Origin: an uncultured Bdellovibrionales bacterium
GTDB taxonomy: Bacteria; Patescibacteriota; Minisyncoccia; Moranbacterales; GWC2-37-73
Assembly: GCA_964485555.1 (NCBI GenBank)
Contig: CAZAJN010000033.1
Location: 1 to 38,962, forward strand
DNA length: 38,962 bases
Direction: 5' to 3'
Below, piece by piece: positions 16,853 through 24,814 of this stretch. Positions within the stretch are counted from its first letter, which is position 1. Each line of letters begins with the position of its first letter. Both the position numbers and the translations under genes were made by a program. The notes beneath the pieces are model-generated. The model saw nothing but the letters and a program-made list of their open reading frames with translations. It ran no database searches and was not told where the DNA came from.

Positions 16853-16890
16853 AAAAAGTCGGAACACGAACTCGTGTTGCCGGCTTTTTT
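16853..16890 (+). terminator. intrinsic terminator of the GGDEF gene
   Basis: AAAAAGTCGGAACACGA-ac-TCGTGTTGCCGGC followed by TTTTTT, immediately after the stop. Confidence 0.65.
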
Positions 16891-16907
16891 AAATTCCTGC
16901 AAGAAGC

Positions 16908-17180
16908 CTACAGTAATCCCAGTCTTTTCTTGGCTTCAAAAATCTGATGATCATTCATTTGACCAGTTTTTTTCATCTGCTCCAAGGTTTTCAAAATATC
17001 AGCCTTATTTTTTTGGATATTATCAGGCGTCATAACTTTCTTCATCAACTGTTCCCTTTCAGCCGGACTCATCTTCTGCAATTTTTTCATAGCCATGCGC
17101 TGCAACATTCCCATGTTCTGAGGATCCATTGGATCAGCATTAGAAGCCTTTTTCTTTTTAAATTTATCAAGTAAGCTCAT
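16908..17180 (-). CDS. hypothetical Met/Lys-rich small protein (90 aa)
   Basis: Co-oriented ORF directly downstream of secF. …MGMLQRMAMKKLQKMSPAEREQLMKK… No confident family. Confidence 0.5.
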   Translation of the reverse strand: MSLLDKFKKKKASNADPMDPQNMGMLQRMAMKKLQKMSPAEREQLMKKVMTPDNIQKNKADILKTLEQMKKTGQMNDHQIFEAKKRLGLL

Positions 17181-17321
17181 ATTTTTGTGATTTAAGTTAT
17201 TATTTTAAATCCAAATTTCAAAATCTCAATGTCAAATAAAATCTCAATAATTCAAGTCTAAAAAAATTGGATTTTGGTCATTTATTTGACATTCGTCATT
17301 TGGATTTGAGATTTTTAATGG

Positions 17322-18227
17322 CTATTTTTTATATTTCATTGTCAATTCATAGCTCGTCACCAATAAAGCACTTGCAATAAAAATGGATGAATAGGTTCCA
17401 AAAGTCACACCGATCAAAAGTGCCAAAGCGAAATATTTTATAGTAGCTCCACCAAAAAGATAAATTGCCAAAAGTGTTATGATCACAGTCATTGAGGTGT
17501 TGATCGAACGCACCAACGTCTCGTTGAGACTTTTGTTGACCACTTCTGGGAAAGGAGTTTTGCTTGATCCCTTGAGCAGATTTTCGCGGGTCCTGTCATA
17601 CACAACAATCGTATCATGCACGGAAAATCCCAAGATTGTCAAAAGTGCCGCAATGAAAGGAATGCCGACTTCAACTCCATAAAAATGACCCAGCAGTGAA
17701 AAAACTCCAGCAGTGATGAGAATGTCATGCGCCAGCGCAATCACAGCCCCTGCTCCATATTTCCAAGATTCAACAGGGCGCGATACCTTGCGAAAAGCCC
17801 AAGCAATATAGGCCATGATGGTAAAAATAGCCAGAAAAATAGCATTCAATGATTTAGACTTCAGTTCCTTTGATACGGATGGATTGATAAAGTCGACACT
17901 TTGTTGAACAGCTCCCTCATATTTCGTGCTAAGAATCTTCCAAACTTCTTCATTGACTTTGTCGTCTTCCGAAGCGTAGCGAACCAACATTGAATCATTA
18001 TTTGAAGCTTGAATAGTGAGACTACTGAGATTCAGATCCTTCAATGCTTCAGCGACTTCATCATTGTTAGCTGGAACACTTTCAGCGTACTTTATTTTCA
18101 TCAAAGTACCACTGGTAAAATCAATGTCATACTTAAGCCCCCAAACACTGAGACTCAAAATGCTTAATAACGAGACAGTGATTGAAAATGCGTAAGCGTA
18201 TTTGGTTTTTGAAATGATATTAATCAT
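17322..18227 (-). CDS. secF: protein translocase subunit SecF
   Basis: 301 aa with six-TM SecF topology and the HDTIVVYDRTREN motif. Follows secD. Confidence 0.9.
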   Translation of the reverse strand: MINIISKTKYAYAFSITVSLLSILSLSVWGLKYDIDFTSGTLMKIKYAESVPANNDEVAEALKDLNLSSLTIQASNNDSMLVRYASEDDKVNEEVWKILSTKYEGAVQQSVDFINPSVSKELKSKSLNAIFLAIFTIMAYIAWAFRKVSRPVESWKYGAGAVIALAHDILITAGVFSLLGHFYGVEVGIPFIAALLTILGFSVHDTIVVYDRTRENLLKGSSKTPFPEVVNKSLNETLVRSINTSMTVIITLLAIYLFGGATIKYFALALLIGVTFGTYSSIFIASALLVTSYELTMKYKK

Positions 18228-18384
18228 AGATTAAATTTTCAATTAGTAAATGAAATTGAGTTTGATAATTGTTTATTGTAAATTATTTGGAAATATGAGT
18301 ATATATTTTCTACGCTCGCTCAGTAATTAAAACATTTTTTATTACATTCGCTTTGTTTGAAAATTGTAAATTGATCATTGTAAA

Positions 18385-20055
18385 TTAATCCGATTTTATA
18401 TCGGATTTACGTACTCCTACCATCCAAGTCCTGCCATGGATCCAGTCACTTATGATGAATCTGAGCATGGTGCGGGTGATGACGACTGCTGTAAACATCG
18501 ACACCACCACTCCGATGAAAAGTGAGGCAGCAAATCCTTTGACGAAACCTGTACCCATGAGATACAAGATTCCAGCAGTCAAAAGAGAGGAAACATTTCC
18601 GTCGCGAATCGAGGTCCAGGCACGTTTGAATCCTTCTTCCAATGAATTTGCGATCGTCCTGCCATTTCTTATTTCCTCTTTTGTTCTTTCAAAAATCAGA
18701 ATGTTGGCATCAACAGCCATCCCGATGGACAAGACAAAACCGGCAATTCCTGAAAGTGTCAGAGTAATTCCAGTAAATTTGAAAATAGTGATCATGAGCG
18801 CAGTGTAAATAAGAAGCGCCAAAGATGCCACAAGTCCCAGGAATCGATAGAAGATCAACATGAAAACAATGACAGCACCAAGACCTATCGCGCCAGCTAT
18901 AAGACTTTTATTGAGCGAATCTTGCCCCAGGGAAGCCTCCACGCTTTGCTGTGAAACCAACGTAAGTGGGACAGGCAATGCACCTGTATTCAATTTTTGA
19001 ACCAACTCCTTGGCTTCCTCCAAAGCAAAATTTCCAGTAATGACAGCTTCTCCATTGGTGATTTCGGATTGCACGGTTGGAGCACTAATAATGCTTCCAT
19101 CCAAAAGTATGGCTATCGTCTTTCCAAGATTAGCCTTGGTAAGTTCAGAAAACAGTTTGGTTCCTTCATCGTCAAACTGCAATGAAATTTGCGGCTCTCC
19201 CAGACCTTGACTTTGAAAAGTCACCGTTGCATTTTTCAAATTCTTACCAGTAAGCCCGGTGCCTTTGTATTTAAGTTCGGGATATTGATCCAGAGAAGTT
19301 TTTGGCAGCAAGATGTGAGCTGAGTGAACTTCCTTGTCCTCCCCCTCCCCGCGCGATTCTACAAATTTTATGATGTGCCAACCGAAATCTGACTCAACCA
19401 GCTCCGGATGGATTTCCCCAGGCTTAAGATTTTTTTCAAATAAAACCTGGTCAAATTCTGGCACAAATGTTCCCTTTTTGACGAAATCCAAATCTCCACC
19501 CTTTTCTTTTGAGCCAGAATCCTGACTGTTTTCCTTGGCCAATTCTTCAAAATTTCCTCCCTTTTTGATTTGATCAAGCAATTGAGCAGCTTTTTCTTTT
19601 GATTGCTGGTTTTGAGAATCAAGCATCTGTTGGATCTGTGGATCTACGCCTTCTTCTTTGAATTCAAGCAAGGGAGTTCCTTTGATCTGTTGTTTGGCTT
19701 GTTCAATGTCCTTTATGCCTGGTATTTCTATGACAACTCGGTTTTCATCCCCGCTTTTTGTAGTATAAACCAACGGCTCACCCACACCAAAAGCATTTAT
19801 GCGCCTTTCAATGACATCCTGAACACCTTCCAATGCCTCGCCAACCTTAGATTGGTCGATGCCTGACACATCAGCCTTGTATTCCAGATGGCTGCCACCT
19901 TGCAGGTCAAGCCCCAGATTTATCTTGAACTTATTCAAAACGTCATATAATGCAGGAACTTTGCTGACTGATTGAGGATAGGAAACAAGTCCGGCAAACA
20001 AAGCCAGGACAACAATGGCACCAAACTTCAATTGAATTTTTTTCTTATTGTTCAT
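18385..20055 (-). CDS. secD: protein translocase subunit SecD with inserted parvulin-like segment
   Basis: The GMAVDANILIFERTKEE TM core is present. I trimmed the ORF-track start (20334) to the ATG at 20055 (MNNKKKIQLKFGAIVVLALFAGLV, the signal-anchor). The discarded 93 codons cover a promoter, a terminator and a structured element. Confidence 0.9.
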   Translation of the reverse strand: MNNKKKIQLKFGAIVVLALFAGLVSYPQSVSKVPALYDVLNKFKINLGLDLQGGSHLEYKADVSGIDQSKVGEALEGVQDVIERRINAFGVGEPLVYTTKSGDENRVVIEIPGIKDIEQAKQQIKGTPLLEFKEEGVDPQIQQMLDSQNQQSKEKAAQLLDQIKKGGNFEELAKENSQDSGSKEKGGDLDFVKKGTFVPEFDQVLFEKNLKPGEIHPELVESDFGWHIIKFVESRGEGEDKEVHSAHILLPKTSLDQYPELKYKGTGLTGKNLKNATVTFQSQGLGEPQISLQFDDEGTKLFSELTKANLGKTIAILLDGSIISAPTVQSEITNGEAVITGNFALEEAKELVQKLNTGALPVPLTLVSQQSVEASLGQDSLNKSLIAGAIGLGAVIVFMLIFYRFLGLVASLALLIYTALMITIFKFTGITLTLSGIAGFVLSIGMAVDANILIFERTKEEIRNGRTIANSLEEGFKRAWTSIRDGNVSSLLTAGILYLMGTGFVKGFAASLFIGVVVSMFTAVVITRTMLRFIISDWIHGRTWMVGVRKSDIKSD

Positions 20056-20084
20056 CCGGTATGCATAAAATATTAATATCACTA

Positions 20085-20113
20085 ATAATACTAAACAAAC
20101 ATTGATTTTGCAA
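20085..20113 (-). promoter_or_regulatory. putative secD promoter
   Basis: Minus strand reads TTGCAA (20113-20108), N17, TATTAT (20090-20085). These are the same hexamers as the tyrS promoter. About 30 nt upstream of the ATG at 20055. Confidence 0.5.
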
Positions 20114-20117
20114 TACT

Positions 20118-20143
20118 GACAAAAAATACCCTCGAAGGTATTT
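20118..20143 (-). terminator. putative (bidirectional) intrinsic terminator
   Basis: AAATACC-ctcgaa-GGTATTT (20124-20143) with an A-run on one side and a T-run on the other. The stem is AT-rich and therefore weak. Confidence 0.4.
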
Positions 20144-20170
20144 CTTTTTGTAACACGTAGAAATATTTTT

Positions 20171-20352
20171 GACTTACGCGTTTGAAATGGATTCTGTTTT
20201 CTGCTGGCATGCACGTTTTCTTTTGAGGCAACAGCGAGCTCCGCCAGCTGGCGGAAGCGAGGTCTTAGCTCTTGATCATTAACTCCTTGATCAAGAGCGT
20301 GCCGAAAAAGGAAATGTGCATGCCAGTTCATCATCTTTCAAGCGCGTAGGTC
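20171..20352. ncRNA. candidate structured RNA / nested palindromic element (strand unresolved)
   Basis: Hand-traced helices: 20171-20187/20336-20352 (17 bp), 20204-20224/20306-20326 (21 bp), 20227-20230/20300-20303, and 20268-20278/20288-20298 (11 bp). See the finding for detail. Confidence 0.45.
20240..20255. repeat. 16-nt palindrome TCCGCCAGCTGGCGGA (family copy 1)
   Basis: Perfect palindrome, flanked by AGCGAG (20233-20238) and AGCGAG (20256-20261). Confidence 0.85.
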
Positions 20353-20359
20353 CTAATTC

Positions 20360-20587
20360 TCACTCTGCCAACAGTGATTCGATTTCATTCCACCTCAATT
20401 CCAAAGAACGCTTAAGTTGTTCCAGATCTTCATCCTCGGAATAAAAACCGTAACTCTTCTTTTCTTCAATCAGAACATCAATCAAATCTTTATATTCATC
20501 AAAACTGCGAACGTCTTCCGCCCGTACCTGCCTCAACAATTCGTGGAAAAGATTTTCTGAAGAATACTCTGCGCCTGTGTAAGTCAT
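20360..20587 (-). CDS. hypothetical acidic small protein (75 aa)
   Basis: Co-oriented ORF, E/D-rich and helical. No family recognised. Confidence 0.5.
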   Translation of the reverse strand: MTYTGAEYSSENLFHELLRQVRAEDVRSFDEYKDLIDVLIEEKKSYGFYSEDEDLEQLKRSLELRWNEIESLLAE

Positions 20588-20624
20588 AAGAATAAATATT
20601 ACAATTTACACAGTGTAATACTGA

Positions 20625-21107
20625 TCATATCTGTTGATTCTTTCTTTTCTTGATGATAGCATCAGCTGAGCGCAGGACATTTTTTGAACCATCATTTTTA
20701 ATGTTGATGCGCTTATACGCCTGATCAAAAGTGAGCCAAGCGAAATCATTGTTTTCAAAATCTATTATAACATTTTCATTTTCTGTTTTAACAGCATAAA
20801 AAACTGCCTTTTTGAAAATATAAATGCCCCTTCCCTCCCTGATCCGTTCTTTTTTTTCATTGCCTTTGGCTGTATAAAAATATCGGACAGGCATGCGAAA
20901 AGCCGGGAGAATTTCAAGATCATCAAGTCCTGTTTCTTCTTGAACTTCGCGTCTGAGTGTCTGCTGCTCTGTTTCGCCTTCTTCCACATGACCTTTGGGA
21001 AAATCCCATTGCCAAGATCGATAGCGCACCAAAAGATACAAGATTTTTTCATCTCGAATTCTATAAACAACCCCGCCTACAGATTTTTCAAAAGATATAT
21101 ATTTCAT
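20625..21107 (-). CDS. Nudix hydrolase
   Basis: Nudix box GHVEEGETEQQTLRREVQEETGL. Confidence 0.85.
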   Translation of the reverse strand: MKYISFEKSVGGVVYRIRDEKILYLLVRYRSWQWDFPKGHVEEGETEQQTLRREVQEETGLDDLEILPAFRMPVRYFYTAKGNEKKERIREGRGIYIFKKAVFYAVKTENENVIIDFENNDFAWLTFDQAYKRINIKNDGSKNVLRSADAIIKKRKNQQI

Positions 21108-21231
21108 ATTTATATCAAATATACCACAATTAAGACTCCCTTCACAGGAGCCTTAATTCTCATGCAGATCAGTCACTTTTTCAGCAACCTCTGCTTGAAA
21201 TCTTGCACTATTTTTGCTATCCATGAAAATT

Positions 21232-21624
21232 TTATCTAGTTGAAGCTTTCACGGTTTTTGAATAATCACTATATGAATCCTTGTTTCTCTCCTTAATTCT
21301 CGCTTTAAATTTATATTCAGTATTTGATTTCAGATCCGATATGGTAATTTTCTTTTCACCGTCGCTGTTCAACCTCACATTAAAAGTTTGATAAAATTTT
21401 TCGCCTGTCGCGATTTTCTCTATTCTCACCTTTATTCTGACCTTGTCCTTTTCGAAATCACTTTGTTTCACTCTGAGCACAATAGAATTGGAATCTTTTT
21501 GGGATATGCTAATTTTAGGCTTGTCAGCTTTGGCATACACCTCGGACGGAATTCCCAAAAATGAAACCACTGAGAATATTGAAAGTATCGTTATAAGTGC
21601 AGATTTCCTAACAAATCCAATCAT
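21232..21624 (-). CDS. secreted FN3-like beta-sandwich protein
   Basis: I trimmed the start to the ATG at 21624 (MIGFVRKSALITILSIFSVVSFLGIPSEVYA, a signal peptide). A ~95-aa beta-rich unit follows (…SIVLRVKQ…TEYKFKARI…YSDYS…). Confidence 0.6.
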   Translation of the reverse strand: MIGFVRKSALITILSIFSVVSFLGIPSEVYAKADKPKISISQKDSNSIVLRVKQSDFEKDKVRIKVRIEKIATGEKFYQTFNVRLNSDGEKKITISDLKSNTEYKFKARIKERNKDSYSDYSKTVKASTR

Positions 21625-21752
21625 AAATTTATATAATAAATTATGAAGATTATCAGTAATCAGGCAACCGACCTTTATTTCATGAAGGATGATGCCCTCA
21701 GCTCCTTCAGCTATTAATACAAAAATCAGGCAAATTTCTTCTGACGGACGAC

Positions 21753-21783
21753 AAAAAAAGAGAAGACTGCAATCTTCTCTTTT
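21753..21783 (-). terminator. intrinsic terminator after secA
   Basis: AAAAGAGAAGA-ctgcaa-TCTTCTCTTTT gives an 11-bp stem. The minus strand continues into a T-run. Starts 8 nt past the secA stop. Confidence 0.55.
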
Positions 21784-21790
21784 CATATCT

Positions 21791-24445
21791 TCAACAGTTA
21801 CTTACCATGGCAATTCTTGAATTTTTTTCCACTTCCGCAAGGACAGGGGTCGTTTCTGCCGACGTTGTCTTTGTTGATGATGGCCCGCCCGCATCGCTAT
21901 GCGAAGCATTGCGGGCAGGTTTTTGTTCATCAACACTAGCGGCAAATTGCGGTGCATTTTCTTCAGCTCCTTGATATTGAATGTTTTGGGGCTGGACAAC
22001 TTGAGCTGAAGGTTGAGCAGAAACCATGGAAATTTTGAAAATTGTTCGCACAGTTGTTGAGCGCATGTTTTCCATAAGATGAGAAAACAAATGAAAAGCC
22101 TCGCGCTTATATTCAATGAGCGGATCGCGTTGACCGTAGCCTCGAAGACCGATTCCCTGCCTCAAGTAATCGATTTCATCCAAATGATTCATCCAAAGAG
22201 TGTCTATTGTTTGAAGCACGATGGCCTTTTCAATTTGTCTGAGAGCGTCAGTTCCGATTTCGTTTTCCTTTTGAATATAAGCTTCTTTGGCTTTGCTCAT
22301 TGCAAATTCCAACATCAGGGAAATTTTTTCGGCAGTGTTTTTGGATTTATCATCCTTGATTTGTTCCAGTTTTTTCTCATCTTGATCTGCAAAAGCAAAA
22401 ATGTTCCTGAGTTCGTTGGAAATTGTAGCAACGTCCCATTCATAGTCCTCGCCGACGCAATGAGCTGAAATGTTTCTTTCGATTTCCTCTTCAATGTAAT
22501 GCAGGATCTCGTTTTTCACATCGCTCGATGCCAAAATTTCCTTGCGTTTTTTGTAGACAACTTCACGTTGCTTGTTCATCACATCGTCATAGTCCAAAAC
22601 ATGTTTTCGAATATCAAAATTGTAGCCTTCAATTTTTGATTGGGCGCTTTCAATTGTTCGAGAAATGATTGCGTTTTGAATCGGTTGGTCCTCAGGAAGT
22701 CCCAAAGTGTCCATCATGTTTTTCAAACGATCACCTCCAAATCTTCGCATCAATTCATCTTCCAGGGAAACAAAAAATTCAGTGACACCAGGATCTCCTT
22801 GGCGTCCAGCTCGTCCTCTGAGCTGATTGTCGATGCGACGAGCTTCGTGTCTCTCAGTTCCTATAATATAAAGTCCTCCAAGCTCGCGCACGCCTTCTCC
22901 AAGCTTGATGTCAGTTCCGCGACCAGCCATGTTGGTTGCGATCGTCACGGCGCCTTTTTGTCCAGCTCCTGCAATAATAGAAGCCTCTCTTTCATGATGC
23001 TTTGCATTCAAAACTTCATGCTTTATTCCTTCCCTTGCAAGCAAAGCGCTAAGATATTCTGATTTCTCAATAGCCACAGTTCCGACCAAAAACGGTTGTC
23101 CGTTCTCATGGTTTTCTTTGATGGTTTGCACGATGGCATCAAATTTTCCTTTTTCAGTTTTATACACAACGTCTGGAAGATCTTTTCTAATCTGAATCTT
23201 ATTGGTTGGAATTTCAAGCACGTCCAATTTGTACACCTTAGCGAATTCTTCCGCGCTGGTGCTGGCTGTTCCAGTCATTCCGGCCAATTTGTTGTACATG
23301 CGGAAATAGTTTTGGAAAGTGATGGTTGCCAAAGTTCTGGATTCTTTTTGCACTTCCACGTTTTCCTTGGCCTCAATAGCTTGATGCAAGCCGTCACTGT
23401 AACGGCGTCCTTCCATCAATCGTCCAGTGAAATCATCAACAATAATAACTTGCCCGTCTTTGACCACATAATCGCGATCAAGTTTGAACAAAGTCTGAGC
23501 CTTCAAAGATTGTTCCAGATGATGGACATAGTTTATCTTTCCAAGTTCATAAATATTGCCGACTCCAAGTGCGCTTTCCACTTTGGAAATTCCGCTTTCA
23601 GTCAAAGTCACGGCTTTCATTTTTTCATCAATTTCATAGTCCTCTTTCTCTCTGAGGCGTGGCACGATTTGCGCAAATCTTTGATAAAGCTTGGTGGATT
23701 CCGTGTCTGGCGCTGAAATGATAAGTGGCGTCCGAGCTTCATCGATCAAAATGGAATCAACTTCATCCACAATCGCATAGTTCAATTCTCTTTGTGACAT
23801 TTGCTGAGCGCTTTGCACCATGTTGTCACGCAAATAGTCAAAACCGAATTCATTGTTTGTTCCATAGGTGATGTCCGCAGCGTAAGCCTCGCGCCGTGAA
23901 ATTGCTTTCAGGTTTTCCATTTCTACACTCACAGCGTCTGCATCCACAACTTTGGATTCATAGAGATACGATGCGTCATGCATGATGCAAGCAGTTGAAA
24001 GTCCAAGCGCTTGATAGACCGATCCCATCCAATTGCAATCACGTTTGGCCAAATAGTCATTAACTGTCACCACATGCACGCCCTTTCCCTCAATCGCATT
24101 CAAATAGATAGGCAAAGTCGAAGTCAAAGTTTTTCCTTCTCCTGTTTTCATTTCTGTGATTGTTCCACGATGAAGCGCTATTCCTCCAAGCATCTGCACG
24201 TCATAGTGACGTTCGCCGATCACACGCTTGGCAGTTTCACGCACAACCGCAAAAGCCTCCGGCAAAATATCATCCAGAGTTTCATCTTTTTTCAATCGAT
24301 CGCGAAATTCCTGAACTTTTTTAGTCAGCTCTTCATCAGTCAACTTGATCATCACTTCCTCAAAGGAATTTATTTTTCCCACGATCGGGCGAAGCTTGCC
24401 AATCTCGCGTTCATTTGAGCCAAACAGTTTTGAGAATAAAGACAT
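21791..24445 (-). CDS. secA: preprotein translocase ATPase SecA (C-terminal tail apparently frameshifted)
   Basis: [28 protein letters not shown] and [13 protein letters not shown] motor motifs. 884 aa as drawn, ending …[12 protein letters not shown] without the zinc motif. Confidence 0.93.
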   Translation of the reverse strand: MSLFSKLFGSNEREIGKLRPIVGKINSFEEVMIKLTDEELTKKVQEFRDRLKKDETLDDILPEAFAVVRETAKRVIGERHYDVQMLGGIALHRGTITEMKTGEGKTLTSTLPIYLNAIEGKGVHVVTVNDYLAKRDCNWMGSVYQALGLSTACIMHDASYLYESKVVDADAVSVEMENLKAISRREAYAADITYGTNNEFGFDYLRDNMVQSAQQMSQRELNYAIVDEVDSILIDEARTPLIISAPDTESTKLYQRFAQIVPRLREKEDYEIDEKMKAVTLTESGISKVESALGVGNIYELGKINYVHHLEQSLKAQTLFKLDRDYVVKDGQVIIVDDFTGRLMEGRRYSDGLHQAIEAKENVEVQKESRTLATITFQNYFRMYNKLAGMTGTASTSAEEFAKVYKLDVLEIPTNKIQIRKDLPDVVYKTEKGKFDAIVQTIKENHENGQPFLVGTVAIEKSEYLSALLAREGIKHEVLNAKHHEREASIIAGAGQKGAVTIATNMAGRGTDIKLGEGVRELGGLYIIGTERHEARRIDNQLRGRAGRQGDPGVTEFFVSLEDELMRRFGGDRLKNMMDTLGLPEDQPIQNAIISRTIESAQSKIEGYNFDIRKHVLDYDDVMNKQREVVYKKRKEILASSDVKNEILHYIEEEIERNISAHCVGEDYEWDVATISNELRNIFAFADQDEKKLEQIKDDKSKNTAEKISLMLEFAMSKAKEAYIQKENEIGTDALRQIEKAIVLQTIDTLWMNHLDEIDYLRQGIGLRGYGQRDPLIEYKREAFHLFSHLMENMRSTTVRTIFKISMVSAQPSAQVVQPQNIQYQGAEENAPQFAASVDEQKPARNASHSDAGGPSSTKTTSAETTPVLAEVEKNSRIAMVSNC
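21798..21896 (-). other. SecA zinc-binding C-terminal motif encoded in the -1 frame
   Basis: Codon-by-codon translation of the alternate frame gives [32 protein letters not shown]. It is bounded upstream by a TAG at 21897-21899. Confidence 0.8.
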
Positions 24446-24556
24446 AGTTTTAAAAATTCCAAATTACCAATTACAAATTCCAAGGTAATTGCTACTACCT
24501 TGTAAATACCAGTTTCTTCAATAATAATACAGCAAAAATACGCCAAAGTCCAAGAC

Positions 24557-24585
24557 TTGACAAAAAGCCTAAATAGGAGTATGAT
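24557..24585 (+). promoter_or_regulatory. near-consensus + strand promoter in the secA-hpf spacer
   Basis: TTGACA (24557-24562), N17, TATGAT (24580-24585). It shares CTTGACA-N8-AAATAGGAGTAT with the promoter at 31125-31151. Confidence 0.5.
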
Positions 24586-24591
24586 TAACAA

Positions 24592-24702
24592 CTACTATCT
24601 TCAGCTAATTTATGACGTAAAGGCTTATTTAGAAGCAAAAATGCAAAAAGCTCGCAAGCACTGTAGAGTTAAAAAGAAGGCTCTCGCCTTCTTTTTAACT
24701 CT
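24592..24702 (+). ncRNA. candidate ~100-nt sRNA (promoter-to-terminator unit without a credible ORF)
   Basis: The predicted TSS is about 7 nt after the -10 box. The unit ends at a perfect 17-bp hairpin at 24665-24702 (AGAGTTAAAAAGAAGGC-tctc-GCCTTCTTTTTAACTCT). Its GC core GAAGGC/GCCTTC is flanked by A5 and T5, so it could terminate in both directions. Confidence 0.4.
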
Positions 24703-24786
24703 TGCATTTCTAAATTTACGTTCCTGAGAGCCGACTTGTGAAGCGAACAGCAATGACCATGTTCAACTAAAAAGCTAATAAGCTAA

Positions 24787-24802
24787 TCCGCCAACTGGCG
24801 GA
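24787..24802. repeat. 16-nt palindrome TCCGCCAACTGGCGGA (family copy 2)
   Basis: Flanked by CTAATAAGCT (24775-24784) and CTAAGAAGCT (24803-24812). Confidence 0.85.
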
Positions 24803-24814
24803 CTAAGAAGCTGC

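Noticed and set aside
16908-17180. The Met-rich 90-aa protein downstream of secF as a fragment of the SRP54/Ffh M-domain (…KMSPAEREQ…LEQMKK…).
   Set aside because: The resemblance rests on a few short strings recalled from memory. There is no G-domain and no clear M-domain finger loop. I keep it as hypothetical; a profile search would be needed.
20056-20334. N-terminal 93-codon extension of secD in the ORF track (MMNWHAHFLFRH…).
   Set aside because: The SecD signal-anchor starts at the ATG at 20055 (MNNKKKIQLKFGAIVVLALF…). The extension is compositionally odd. It spans a promoter-like site, a terminator-like hairpin and the nested-helix element, so it is most likely non-coding.
20171-20352. 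Assignment of the nested-helix element to SRP (4.5S) RNA or another known housekeeping RNA.
   Set aside because: The conserved SRP domain-IV motifs (GGAA-type tetraloop with flanking AGCA / symmetric-loop sequences) are absent. A 6S-like shape is noted, but I cannot establish identity by eye, so it stays an unassigned candidate.
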